Shown here one piece after another: positions 40,685-48,659 of a stretch of DNA of 64,000 nt. Every line of letters begins with the position of its first letter. The first letter of the stretch is position 1. Source of the DNA: an uncultured Gammaproteobacteria bacterium (GTDB taxonomy: Bacteria > Patescibacteriota > Microgenomatia > Woykebacterales > RBG-16-39-9b). The notes beneath the pieces were generated by a model, which made no database searches, was not told the origin of the DNA, and saw nothing but the letters and a program-made list of their open reading frames with translations. The stretch is from contig OZ246414.1 in NCBI GenBank assembly GCA_965231125.1, forward strand, positions 209,739-273,738, read 5' to 3'. The position numbers and the translations under genes are program-made.

Positions 40685-41598
40685 GTAACAGAAAATTGCT
40701 TTCGCTGATCGCGCTTATTATTTTAGTTCTGTCAGCGGGGTATTTTGTTTTCCGAAACTACCACCCTTCAGAAAGTTCCGGAAAGTTAAAAGTGGCAACT
40801 AGTTTCTACTCACTTTACTTTTTCACTAAGGAAATTGGAGGAGACAAGGTTGATGTTACCAACATTACTCCGGCTGGAGCAGAACCGCATGATCATGATC
40901 CTTCAACAGGTGACATTGTTAAGATTGAAGAAAGCAAAATGCTGGTTCTCAATGGTGCAGTAGAATCTTGGGGACACAAGATTAAGGACATTTTGAAGGG
41001 AAGTAATGTCCTGGTAGTTACTGCCGGAGAAGGTTTGCTAACCAAACAACTAACTGAAGGTGGGCAGACTGGTGTGGACCCGCACGTTTGGCTCGACCCT
41101 ATATTAGCCAAGCAAGAAGCTCACGCGATTGCCCAAGGATTGATTAAAGTCGATCCAGCTGACACTACCTTTTATCAACACAACGAAAAGAAACTCGACG
41201 GCGAGCTTGATCAGCTGGATCAGGATTATAGAAAAGGTTTGGTAAGTTGTCAGCAAAAAGACATTATAACTTCTCACGCCGCCTTTGCTTATCTTGGCTC
41301 TCGCTACGGGCTTAACCAAGTAGCAATCTCTGGTCTTTCGCCAGATGCTGAGCCATCAGCCGCCCAACTAGCTGATGCAACCAACTTTGCCAAATCGCAC
41401 AACGTTAGATATATTTTCTTTGAGAGCTTGGTCAGTCCAAAGCTCTCCGACACCATTGCTAACGAAGTTGGCGCGAAGACATTAGTTCTTGATCCGATCG
41501 AAGGTCTGACCGATAATGATATTAAGGCAGGCAAGACCTACTTTACGGTGATGCAAGACAATCTAAACAATCTGCGTATCGCTCTGTCATGCAAATAG
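40681..41598 (+). CDS. znuA: metal (zinc) ABC transporter substrate-binding protein, ZnuA/TroA family
   Basis: Cluster-9 SBP homology with a short His/Asp-rich loop (PHDHDP). Confidence 0.85.
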   Translation: MSNRKLLSLIALIILVLSAGYFVFRNYHPSESSGKLKVATSFYSLYFFTKEIGGDKVDVTNITPAGAEPHDHDPSTGDIVKIEESKMLVLNGAVESWGHKIKDILKGSNVLVVTAGEGLLTKQLTEGGQTGVDPHVWLDPILAKQEAHAIAQGLIKVDPADTTFYQHNEKKLDGELDQLDQDYRKGLVSCQQKDIITSHAAFAYLGSRYGLNQVAISGLSPDAEPSAAQLADATNFAKSHNVRYIFFESLVSPKLSDTIANEVGAKTLVLDPIEGLTDNDIKAGKTYFTVMQDNLNNLRIALSCK

Positions 41599-42338
41599 AT
41601 CACAGCAAAAGTATTATTGAAGTTGATAAAGTTTCCTTTGCTTATAACGGTGAAGATGCGATTAAAGACGTGTCAATAGCCGTTCACAGAGGAGATTACT
41701 TAGGAATAATTGGTCCTAATGGCGGTGGGAAATCAACATTATTGAAAATAATGCTTGGGCTTTTGCACCCCAAAGAAGGAGTAATTAAACTTTTCAATCA
41801 GTCTATTGATGAATTTAAGGATTGGTCCAAAATTGGTTACGTCCCTCAAAAACCACCGAATTTCGAATTAAATTTTCCAGTGAGTGTTCGAGAAGTAGTC
41901 GCCATGGGTCGTTACGGAAAACGTGGTTTATTACGGTTTCCGACCAAAGAGGATGGAGAAAAAGTTAACAAAGCCTTGAGTCAAGTTGAAATGACAGAGT
42001 TTGCCGGTCGGCAAATTACCGAACTTTCGGGAGGACAGCAGCAAAGAGTTTTTATTGCCCGGGCACTAGTGAGCGAACCAGAGGTAATCTTTCTCGATGA
42101 ACCAACTGCCGGAGTTGATATTAAAACCCAAAAGAGTTTCTACGCACTGCTTGAAAAATTAAACCGAGATTTCGACCTCACTTTAGTTCTAATTTCCCAC
42201 GAACTTGACGTTTTGGCCCACGAGGCTACTGAACTGGCGTATATAAACAGAACTCTTGAGTATTACGGCGACCCAAAAGAATTTTTGAAGGGGGACTATT
42301 ACCACCAGTTTATTGGCAAGGGAGAGCCTCACCACTAA
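41589..42338 (+). CDS. znuC: metal ABC transporter ATP-binding protein
   Basis: Walker A GPNGGGKST, signature LSGGQQQRV, Walker B FLDEP. Confidence 0.9.
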   Translation: MQIDHSKSIIEVDKVSFAYNGEDAIKDVSIAVHRGDYLGIIGPNGGGKSTLLKIMLGLLHPKEGVIKLFNQSIDEFKDWSKIGYVPQKPPNFELNFPVSVREVVAMGRYGKRGLLRFPTKEDGEKVNKALSQVEMTEFAGRQITELSGGQQQRVFIARALVSEPEVIFLDEPTAGVDIKTQKSFYALLEKLNRDFDLTLVLISHELDVLAHEATELAYINRTLEYYGDPKEFLKGDYYHQFIGKGEPHH

Positions 42339-43132
42339 TGCTTTCGATTTTCCAATACAGTTTCATTGTGCGTGGTTTTGAGGCCGGCGTCGTCGTCGCC
42401 TTAATTGCTCCGTTGATTGGAATTTTTTTGGTGCTGCGTCGCTACTCTTTGATCGCCGATACACTAGCACATGTTTCGCTAGCTGGAGTGGCCATTGGGT
42501 TGCTTTTAAAGGTGAGCCCATTAATTACCGCTATTATTGTATCTGTTGCGTCCTCAGCCGCTATTGAACGTTTGCGTATTTCCAAAAAAGTTTATGGAGA
42601 AAGTGCCCTTGCAATTTTTCTTTCCGGAAGCTTAGCGTTAGCAATTGTTCTGATTAGTGCGGCCCATGGGTTCAATATTGATATCTTCAACTATCTCTTT
42701 GGATCAATTTTGACAGTGAGACAGACTGATATTTACCTTATCGCTTCCTTAGGAATAGTGATTTTGGTAGCAGTAGCGGCCTTTTATAAGGAATTACTTT
42801 TCGTTACTTTTGACGAGGAGGCGGCAGCTGTTAGCGGAATTCCGACTCGGTTAATCAATACAATGCTGATCGTCTTGGCTGCTTTTACAGTCGCCTTGGC
42901 AATTCCAGTAGTTGGAGTTTTGTTAATCGCGGCTTTGATCGTAATTCCAGTAGTAACTGCCCTCCAATTTAAAAGGGGTTTCAAACAAACTATTCTTATT
43001 GCGGAAGCAATCTCAGTTTTCTCGGTAATAGCGGGAATATTCACCTCTTTCTACTTAAATCTTTCCGCAGGTGGAACTATAGTCTTAATTGCGTTAGCAA
43101 TATTTTTAATTGCGTTAATTATTAACGATTGA
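42338..43132 (+). CDS. znuB: metal ABC transporter permease
   Basis: ZnuB/TroCD-type permease homology. Confidence 0.88.
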   Translation: MLSIFQYSFIVRGFEAGVVVALIAPLIGIFLVLRRYSLIADTLAHVSLAGVAIGLLLKVSPLITAIIVSVASSAAIERLRISKKVYGESALAIFLSGSLALAIVLISAAHGFNIDIFNYLFGSILTVRQTDIYLIASLGIVILVAVAAFYKELLFVTFDEEAAAVSGIPTRLINTMLIVLAAFTVALAIPVVGVLLIAALIVIPVVTALQFKRGFKQTILIAEAISVFSVIAGIFTSFYLNLSAGGTIVLIALAIFLIALIIND

Positions 43133-43157
43133 AAAAACCGTTTGTTATAATTAGTTT

Positions 43158-43529
43158 ATGGGCAGTAACGTTGAGATAAACGATACTTTACAGATTTCAA
43201 AAGAACAAGGTTTCCCGGGGGAATTAGATTTCGAAAGACACAAAGAAAAACCTTTTACAGCGGAGGATTTTAAGGAGAAAGTTTTTGAATTCAAAAACAA
43301 AAAGGGTGTGCGGATTTATAAAAGTCCGCCAGTCCGAAACTTTTTAGTTGAAAATAAAGCCGGCAAGTGGCTTTATTGGGGGTTGATCTATATCTTAGAG
43401 GTGACTAACAATTACGAGAAACAAATAACCTCAGGAAAGTATAAAATAATTTACATATATACACCTGAGGAAATGAGGCAGGCCCATAAATTGATAGATA
43501 GAGATCACGAAACAGGTTTTTTTGACTAA
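43158..43529 (+). CDS. hypothetical protein
   Basis: 123 aa, no recognisable motif. Confidence 0.45.
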   Translation: MGSNVEINDTLQISKEQGFPGELDFERHKEKPFTAEDFKEKVFEFKNKKGVRIYKSPPVRNFLVENKAGKWLYWGLIYILEVTNNYEKQITSGKYKIIYIYTPEEMRQAHKLIDRDHETGFFD

Positions 43530-43594
43530 ATTTATTTAGTTTCCGTCAACCGATATCTGCCTTCGCACCCGTAATCTTTTTACAATAACCGCTC

Positions 43595-43623
43595 TTGACT
43601 AAAATTTGATGCCAGAGTACAAT
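43595..43623 (+). promoter_or_regulatory. sigma70-like promoter TTGACT-17-TACAAT for the cupredoxin gene
   Basis: Consensus spacing, 25 nt upstream of the ATG. Confidence 0.5.
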
Positions 43624-43647
43624 TAGTTTTTGCAAGAAAGGTAGCAC

Positions 43648-44082
43648 ATGCGAAATATCATCATTGGTGTAATAATAATTGTTTTGATAATAGTTGGTGT
43701 ATGGTACTTTTCAGGTAAGAACAAAGGGTACAATACCCCAACTAACAGCTCGCAGAACCCATCTACTTCAAGCAGCCAAACCAAGTCTAACCAGACTGGC
43801 ACGACCCAAAAGCAATCTCAAGCATCTACCAGTGCTGTTACAATCCAAAACTTTGCTTTTAGCCCGGCGGACATTACCGTCAAAAAAGGTACTAAGGTGA
43901 CTTGGACCAATCAAGACAGCACTGCCCACACCGTAACTGAGACGGATGGTCAAAATGGGCCGGGTAGCGGTACTTTAAACCAAGGACAAACTTATTCTTT
44001 CACTTTTGACAGTGTTGGTACGTTCCACTACCACTGCTCGATCCACACTAGTATGACAGGTATGGTGACTGTTACCGAATAA
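43648..44082 (+). CDS. plastocyanin/azurin-type cupredoxin, membrane-anchored with a Ser/Thr/Gln-rich linker
   Basis: Type-1 copper ligand set: H in TAHTV and C, H, M in HYHCSIHTSMTGM. Confidence 0.8.
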   Translation: MRNIIIGVIIIVLIIVGVWYFSGKNKGYNTPTNSSQNPSTSSSQTKSNQTGTTQKQSQASTSAVTIQNFAFSPADITVKKGTKVTWTNQDSTAHTVTETDGQNGPGSGTLNQGQTYSFTFDSVGTFHYHCSIHTSMTGMVTVTE

Positions 44083-44273
44083 CACCTGGCAAAGCCTTTA
44101 TCGGGCGTTCTATTCTTTGCAGATTTAACTAGATTTATGATGAGACATTGCTTTGTTTATGTCTGCGTTAGCACCGGCCAGCTTAGCCGCCTTTAGTGAT
44201 TAGTTGAATGGTAATGTAATCTAGCGCAGCCATTTTTTGACAATAGGTTGGTGGTTATGGAAGGGAATCCAAG

Positions 44274-44294
44274 CCGGCCTTGATGAGCCTAGAC
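44274..44294 (+). repeat. island repeat family, short form (D1)
   Basis: CCGGCCTTGATGAGCCTAGAC overlaps the stop of the DoxX-like gene and resembles repeat C. Confidence 0.5.
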
Positions 44295-44609
44295 TTCATT
44301 AGGATTGAGAAACAGATAAACTGGAACGGCTAAGATGCCGATATGTTCTAAAGTGTCGCCTACACTACCAAACCCAGAGACAAGGATCACCCCAATTATC
44401 CAGGCGGCAGCGTAGACAGAGACATATTTTCGGAATAAACCTAAAATCAGGAGAATACCAACTAGACCATCACTTACTCCGATTAGCTTTACAATGGTCT
44501 CGGCCGAAAAAGGTACCACACTAGTTAAAAAAGAATTTTTAACTAATTCTGTGAATTCATCAGGCGCGAAAAAAGCAGTGTAAGAGTTGGCTATAAAAAT
44601 CAGACCCAA
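44289..44609 (-). CDS. DoxX-like small membrane protein (the ORF stays open upstream to about 44690, so the true start is uncertain)
   Basis: Several hydrophobic helices; TTG start in the track. Confidence 0.4.
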   Translation of the reverse strand: MGLIFIANSYTAFFAPDEFTELVKNSFLTSVVPFSAETIVKLIGVSDGLVGILLILGLFRKYVSVYAAAWIIGVILVSGFGSVGDTLEHIGILAVPVYLFLNPNEV

Positions 44610-44734
44610 GCCGACGCCGATTATTTCCGGGGAAAATTTTTTCAGGTTTTGAATAATAATCGGTTGCCTCCAAGTAAAGATTAGTAACAGTTAATTATAT
44701 TTGGAGTATTTTGAAAAAAGCAAGCTTTATTAAA

Positions 44735-44760
44735 CCGGCTGGCCTTGATGGACTCCTCAC
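44735..44760 (+). repeat. island repeat family (D2)
   Basis: CCGGCTGGCCTTGATGGACTCCTCAC, similar to the 5' parts of repeats A and B. Confidence 0.5.
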
Positions 44761-44912
44761 TAGATTTGTGATATAATTCATTTATTGACAATTTAATATT
44801 TACTGGACGTTGAAAGGCATCTAGTAACTGGAGTTGAATGTTTAAGTAAGTTGTCATTGCGTGACCCGCCCTGAAATCTTGGACATCGAAACCAGTTGTC
44901 GGATGCCTTTTT

Positions 44913-45263
44913 TTGTATCTTAATCTTAACAAAATTATGATAGATTATAAGTTTTTACCGAAAGATTTAAAGCAATACCTCGGGCCCAATTACAATTGGA
45001 TAATTGCTTCCGGAGAAAGTAAGTTAACTGCTAAAAATCAGACCAACGATTTACGTTCGATTCTTAATTCAATTGGGAGATTTAACTACGCAGATTTTAG
45101 AAGGTTCATTCAAATAAAACGGGAATTAGGTGAATCTAATCTATATTTAAACTCCCGTATTTTGGGAGCGAGGCAATTTGCGCAGTTTTTGAAACAACAA
45201 GAATTTGCTGTTGACGCGCAGCTTTTAACCTACCCTATCTTCAAGCCTGAGTTAGTTCATTAG
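44913..45263 (+). pseudogene. 5' fragment of a tyrosine recombinase/integrase (N-terminal SAM-like core-binding domain only)
   Basis: About 116 aa matching the integrase N-terminal helix pattern (LTAKNQTNDLRSILNSIG...FRRFIQ...LGARQFAQFL). The catalytic R-K-H-R-H-Y domain is absent, and the ORF stops 12 nt before repeat A. Confidence 0.55.
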
Positions 45264-45275
45264 GTATTTGAATTT

Positions 45276-45357
45276 CTGGTTGGCCTTATTGGACCGCACT
45301 TCGTTGAAACTTCGCGCGGCTGGCGATTTGGAGGAACCTCTGGCCTCAATTAAGTTC
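45276..45357 (+). repeat. island repeat family, long form (A, ~82 nt)
   Basis: About 80% identical to B over its length (GGCCTTATTGGACCGCACTTCG...GGCGATTTGGAGGAACCTCTGGCCTCAATTAAGTTC). Confidence 0.7.
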
Positions 45358-45391
45358 TTTTGATTTTTCTCCTATACACCTAAACCATTTC

Positions 45392-45847
45392 TTAGGTTGC
45401 TAGCTCTTTACTAAATTTTGTGAAAATTCTTCTAATTTCCCTTTCAAGCCTCTCCTGTGTTATTCCGTTTCGATTGGCTTCTACAACAATAATAGCTAAT
45501 TCGTAAAGAGATTCTCTAGGAATTGTGAAATCAACCCCATGAGCTAATAAAAATACATGTGTAGAAAGAACGGCTGTTCTTTTGTTACCTTCAAATAAAG
45601 GGTGTTCGCAAGCTATCTTAATAAAATAGGCAACTGCGGCGTTTAAAACTGTGGGTTTTACATACTTATTAACAATAGATAGTTGAACTGAGCCAAGAAT
45701 GCTTTCTAGTTTCCCGGGGGTTCTACGGTCGAAAGGTTCAGTTGGGTCGCCAAGACTAATCTGCAAGTTCTCGTAGGCGGTCTTGTAAATCTCTACTGTT
45801 AGATAATTCTTTGGGGGTAGAGTCAGATTCTTTATCATATTTTTCAA
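45392..45847 (-). CDS. doc: Doc (death-on-curing) Fic-family toxin
   Basis: Fic/Doc motif HPLFEGNKRTA and N-terminal GDPTEPFD..PGKLESILGSVQ. Confidence 0.8.
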   Translation of the reverse strand: MKNMIKNLTLPPKNYLTVEIYKTAYENLQISLGDPTEPFDRRTPGKLESILGSVQLSIVNKYVKPTVLNAAVAYFIKIACEHPLFEGNKRTAVLSTHVFLLAHGVDFTIPRESLYELAIIVVEANRNGITQERLEREIRRIFTKFSKELAT

Positions 45848-45926
45848 GCAGCTCGTAAGTTTTGCGGTATTTTTTTATGCTGTGATTAATATTTTTTTGG
45901 ATTATCTTTTTCTCGGAAGTTGTCAT
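45756..45926 (-). CDS. candidate antitoxin partner of Doc (56-aa unlisted ORF)
   Basis: ATG 45926 to TAG 45756, MTTSEKKIIQKNINHSIKKYRKTYELLEKYDKE... It lies immediately upstream of doc and overlaps it out of frame by about 90 nt. No family assignment. Confidence 0.3.
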   Translation of the reverse strand: MTTSEKKIIQKNINHSIKKYRKTYELLEKYDKESDSTPKELSNSRDLQDRLRELAD

Positions 45927-46090
45927 ATGTAGCAGTATACTACAATTCTACAAATAAAGTGAAAATCAAGCAACACTTGACAGGTTTATGCTTTATCACC
46001 AAAGTGCTAGAATAACACCTTGCAGGTGATGTTTTTTGACAAAATAACACTCTAGCGAGTGATGTTTTCTCATCAATTAATGATTCGAAA

Positions 46091-46321
46091 ATGGCAGCTA
46101 TGAAAATTAAAAATTTATTATTGAAAATTATTCTTTCGCTTCTCGGTTTAATTATTCTTACCATTGTTGGCAGCCTTCTTTATTTGAGATTAAGCTGTAA
46201 GGCTATTCAAATTATCAAGACTCATAAGGGCAATACACAATATTCAATAATAAGCCAGCGGGGAGATTCTCACGAACCAGCAAGTTGTAGTGGATTTCCG
46301 GTGGTAGTTGGAATGGAATAG
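46091..46321 (+). CDS. possible small membrane protein
   Basis: 76 aa with one hydrophobic helix; weak support. Confidence 0.25.
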   Translation: MAAMKIKNLLLKIILSLLGLIILTIVGSLLYLRLSCKAIQIIKTHKGNTQYSIISQRGDSHEPASCSGFPVVVGME

Positions 46322-46356
46322 TATTTTTAGAAAAAGAGACTCAGGCACGAATTTCA

Positions 46357-46381
46357 TTGGTCGGCCTTGTTAGGCTCAGAC
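46357..46381 (+). repeat. island repeat family, short form (C)
   Basis: TTGGTCGGCCTTGTTAGGCTCAGAC. Its first 15 nt are identical to the start of B, and it contains a GTTAGGC core. Confidence 0.65.
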
Positions 46382-46412
46382 AGTTGGCGGGGCCCAGTGG
46401 CGAGCTCAGTCC

Positions 46413-46778
46413 TCAGCTCACCGCTTTCTTCACGAGCGCGCCGATCTTTGCCTCTTCGGCGGCAGTCAACCCCTTCAGCGCGAAGGCGATTGGCCACATG
46501 TGGCCTTCGTCGAGGTTCGCCTCGTCGTTGAAACCGAGCGTCATGTACCTCTCCTTGAACTTCTCCCCGCCGCGGAAGAAGCAGATAACCTTGCCGTCCT
46601 TGGCATACGCGGGCATCCCGTACCAGACCCTCGGCGAGAGGGTTGGCGCGCTCTCTTTGATGATAGCATGGAGCCGCTCGCCCATGGCGCGATACGGTCC
46701 CGGCATCGCGTCGATCGCCGCGAGCACCGCGGCCTCGCCGTCGGCCTTCTTCGTCGCCTTCTTGTCGACTACTTGCAT
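46413..46778 (-). CDS. DUF1801/YdhG-like protein, strongly GC-rich (probable horizontal acquisition)
   Basis: About 60% GC against a ~40% background. DUF1801-like pattern ([25 protein letters not shown]...[17 protein letters not shown]). Confidence 0.7.
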   Translation of the reverse strand: MQVVDKKATKKADGEAAVLAAIDAMPGPYRAMGERLHAIIKESAPTLSPRVWYGMPAYAKDGKVICFFRGGEKFKERYMTLGFNDEANLDEGHMWPIAFALKGLTAAEEAKIGALVKKAVS

Positions 46779-46929
46779 ATAGGGTTCCTTTCTACTGCGA
46801 TTAATATTTTTGTAAAACCACGTTAATTGGTATTAAAGTTATTGTCAATGGTTTTAGTATGAGTTCCAAAAACGTTACTATCCCCACAGAAAAAGAAGTT
46901 TCTGTCGAAAATATTTAGCTTCAAAAACC

Positions 46930-47015
46930 TTGGTCGGCCTTGTTGGACTACACTTCGCTAAAGCTCGCGTAGCAGGCGATTTCGAGGAACCTCTGTCCGC
47001 AATTGAGCTCGTTAG
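46930..47015 (+). repeat. island repeat family, long form (B, ~86 nt)
   Basis: TTGGTCGGCCTTGTTGGACTACACTTCGCTAAAGCTCGCGTAGCAGGCGATTTCGAGGAACCTCTGTCCGCAATTGAGCTCGTTAG. Confidence 0.7.
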
Positions 47016-47027
47016 TTAAAACACAGC

Positions 47028-47720
47028 TTATTCAGATTTACCGCCCGTTGTTAAAAGCCGGTCGTGATTATATCGGAGTAACATTATCCCAATAAGTAGA
47101 GCAAAGCCAAATAAATACCCGCTAATTACATCGGATAACCAGTGTAGGTGTAGATAGATACGAGACGGGCCAACTAACAACACGACAGTTAACTCGACTA
47201 ATAGAAGCATTAAACGAAGTTTTTTATTTTTGATGTACAACAAGGTAAGAATTGCTAAATAGCCAAAGAAAACAACGTATGAAGCAGTATGGCCCGAAGG
47301 ATAACAAGTCTCGTGCCAAAAAGTTTTTTGAAGAAAGGAAAGATTGAACACCTCGTGAAAGGAAACAATTTTGCTAAAGGGAGAAGCTGGGCATTCTACT
47401 CGAAAGATGAGTTTTACCACGAATTCAGTTAAAAACCAGCCGGAAAAGCTCAATGGAAGCATTTTTGCTTCAAAATTATTCTTCTTGCGACGGAAATAAA
47501 CAAACAGCCATATTAAAACACCTACAATTGGCACATAGAGAAAAGCCAGAAACCTAGAAACATAATAAAGGAGATTGTTCAGTGAGAAAGGTAGGTTTTG
47601 GTTAAGATAAACGTCAATCGGTGTTAGTTGCCCACTCATTACTATAAAAGTGAATACGACAAAGGCCACAAGAAGCAGGCAAAAAATAATTGAATAGGTG
47701 CTGTACTTTAGAGAAAGCAT
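47028..47720 (-). CDS. PAP2-family membrane phosphatase
   Basis: PSGH and SRxxxxxHxxxD motifs (YPSGHTA; SRIYLHLHWLSD); 6 TM. Confidence 0.75.
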   Translation of the reverse strand: MLSLKYSTYSIIFCLLLVAFVVFTFIVMSGQLTPIDVYLNQNLPFSLNNLLYYVSRFLAFLYVPIVGVLIWLFVYFRRKKNNFEAKMLPLSFSGWFLTEFVVKLIFRVECPASPFSKIVSFHEVFNLSFLQKTFWHETCYPSGHTASYVVFFGYLAILTLLYIKNKKLRLMLLLVELTVVLLVGPSRIYLHLHWLSDVISGYLFGFALLIGIMLLRYNHDRLLTTGGKSE

Positions 47721-47810
47721 TTGATGCTATTTTGGATTTTACACCAAAAATGCTAGAATAACACCCAACGCTACTAAAGTTATGCTGGGCGATCCCACAT
47801 TTCACCAAGG

Positions 47811-48236
47811 CTATTTATGATGCTTTTGAAGAAATTTTTTTGGGGTTGCTATCTGAATTTTTGGAATTATCCTTTGCGATTCTTCAGTTAGAATGTGTTT
47901 TCTATCCAGACTAACTAAAAAATCTGACTTGGATTCTTGGGCTGAAATAAGAATGTGCCGATCTTTTTGATCTATGTCTTTTAATTTCTCAAGCTTTTCT
48001 TCCTCCGGAAAAGGTAAAATTTTGAAGTAATCTTCTTCCAGCCAGTTTAGAAACAGTTGATATTTTTCTTGATTTAATTTCCTTCTGATAGCTTCTTCGG
48101 ACTCTGCCACCACACCTTCATTTATCCAACCGTCAAGTTTCCCTTTCTCTATCAGATTAATTATTTCAAAAGAGCCGCCGGTTTGTGAACCAGCGGCAGC
48201 AACAATTACAGAGGAGTCTAGGAAAACCTTTATCAT
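47811..48236 (-). CDS. PIN-domain toxin (VapC-like)
   Basis: N-terminal VFLDSSVIVAA and acidic residues consistent with a PIN fold. ATGA overlap with the upstream antitoxin. Confidence 0.65.
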   Translation of the reverse strand: MIKVFLDSSVIVAAAGSQTGGSFEIINLIEKGKLDGWINEGVVAESEEAIRRKLNQEKYQLFLNWLEEDYFKILPFPEEEKLEKLKDIDQKDRHILISAQESKSDFLVSLDRKHILTEESQRIIPKIQIATPKKFLQKHHK

Positions 48237-48454
48237 TCTAACTTATCTTCTTCAAGAAAACTCTCTATCTCTTTATCAGTGTATTTCCGCAAATATTTGG
48301 TTGGAATACTTTTCAGCGGCTTAATTATGAGTTCGCCTTCTTTAATACTTACATCAAGGAGAGTATTTTCATCTATCTCTAGTTGTTTGCGAAAGGTCGC
48401 AGGAATAGTAATTTGGCCCTTTGGTAATGGTTTTACAACTTCGGAAGTCTTCAT
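48233..48454 (-). CDS. AbrB/MazE-type antitoxin (VapB-like)
   Basis: SpoVT/AbrB swapped-hairpin pattern KGQITIPATFRKQLEI. Confidence 0.65.
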   Translation of the reverse strand: MKTSEVVKPLPKGQITIPATFRKQLEIDENTLLDVSIKEGELIIKPLKSIPTKYLRKYTDKEIESFLEEDKLE

Positions 48455-48498
48455 ATAGTTAGAATTTTAGAATTTCTAACTTTCTTTGTCAAGTATGT

Positions 48499-48572
48499 TG
48501 GTCGGGGAGGAGGGAATCGGACCCACGATACCGCACCCCCAGCGCGGTGTATTACCACTATACTACTCCCCG
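48499..48572 (-). tRNA. tRNA-Pro (anticodon GGG), CCA encoded
   Basis: 7-bp acceptor stem CGGGGAG/CTCCCCG, D-arm GTAT-AGTGGTA-ATAC, anticodon loop CTGGGGG, discriminator A plus CCA. One T-T mismatch in the T-stem and C55 in place of U. Confidence 0.75.
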
Positions 48573-48659
48573 AATGAAGTCATGGTGAGATTGAAATTAT
48601 ATCCGTTTTTGTGTTACTCTTCAAATGTAACCTTTGCATTGTAGAATTTATCTGCCTAT

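Noticed and set aside
45392-45926. A frameshift fusing the 56-aa ORF with Doc
   Set aside because: Doc homologues begin at the region already covered by the doc frame, and the upstream ORF has no Fic/Doc N-terminal similarity.
45276-47015. Calling the island repeats bona fide integron attC sites
   Set aside because: GTTRRRY-like cores are present in only two copies, and I cannot verify the R''/L''/L'/R' architecture or extrahelical bases by eye. Reported as integron-like, not as a confirmed integron.
46930-47015. Repeats A and B being degenerate tRNA genes
   Set aside because: No cloverleaf can be drawn (no D-arm or T-arm pairing). Only the 8-nt 3'-terminal match to tRNA-Pro is supported.
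48499-48572. Treating tRNA-Pro as a pseudogene because of the T-stem mismatch and C55
   Set aside because: The acceptor, D and anticodon arms are canonical and CCA is present. One mismatch is tolerated, so it is kept as a functional call at moderate confidence.
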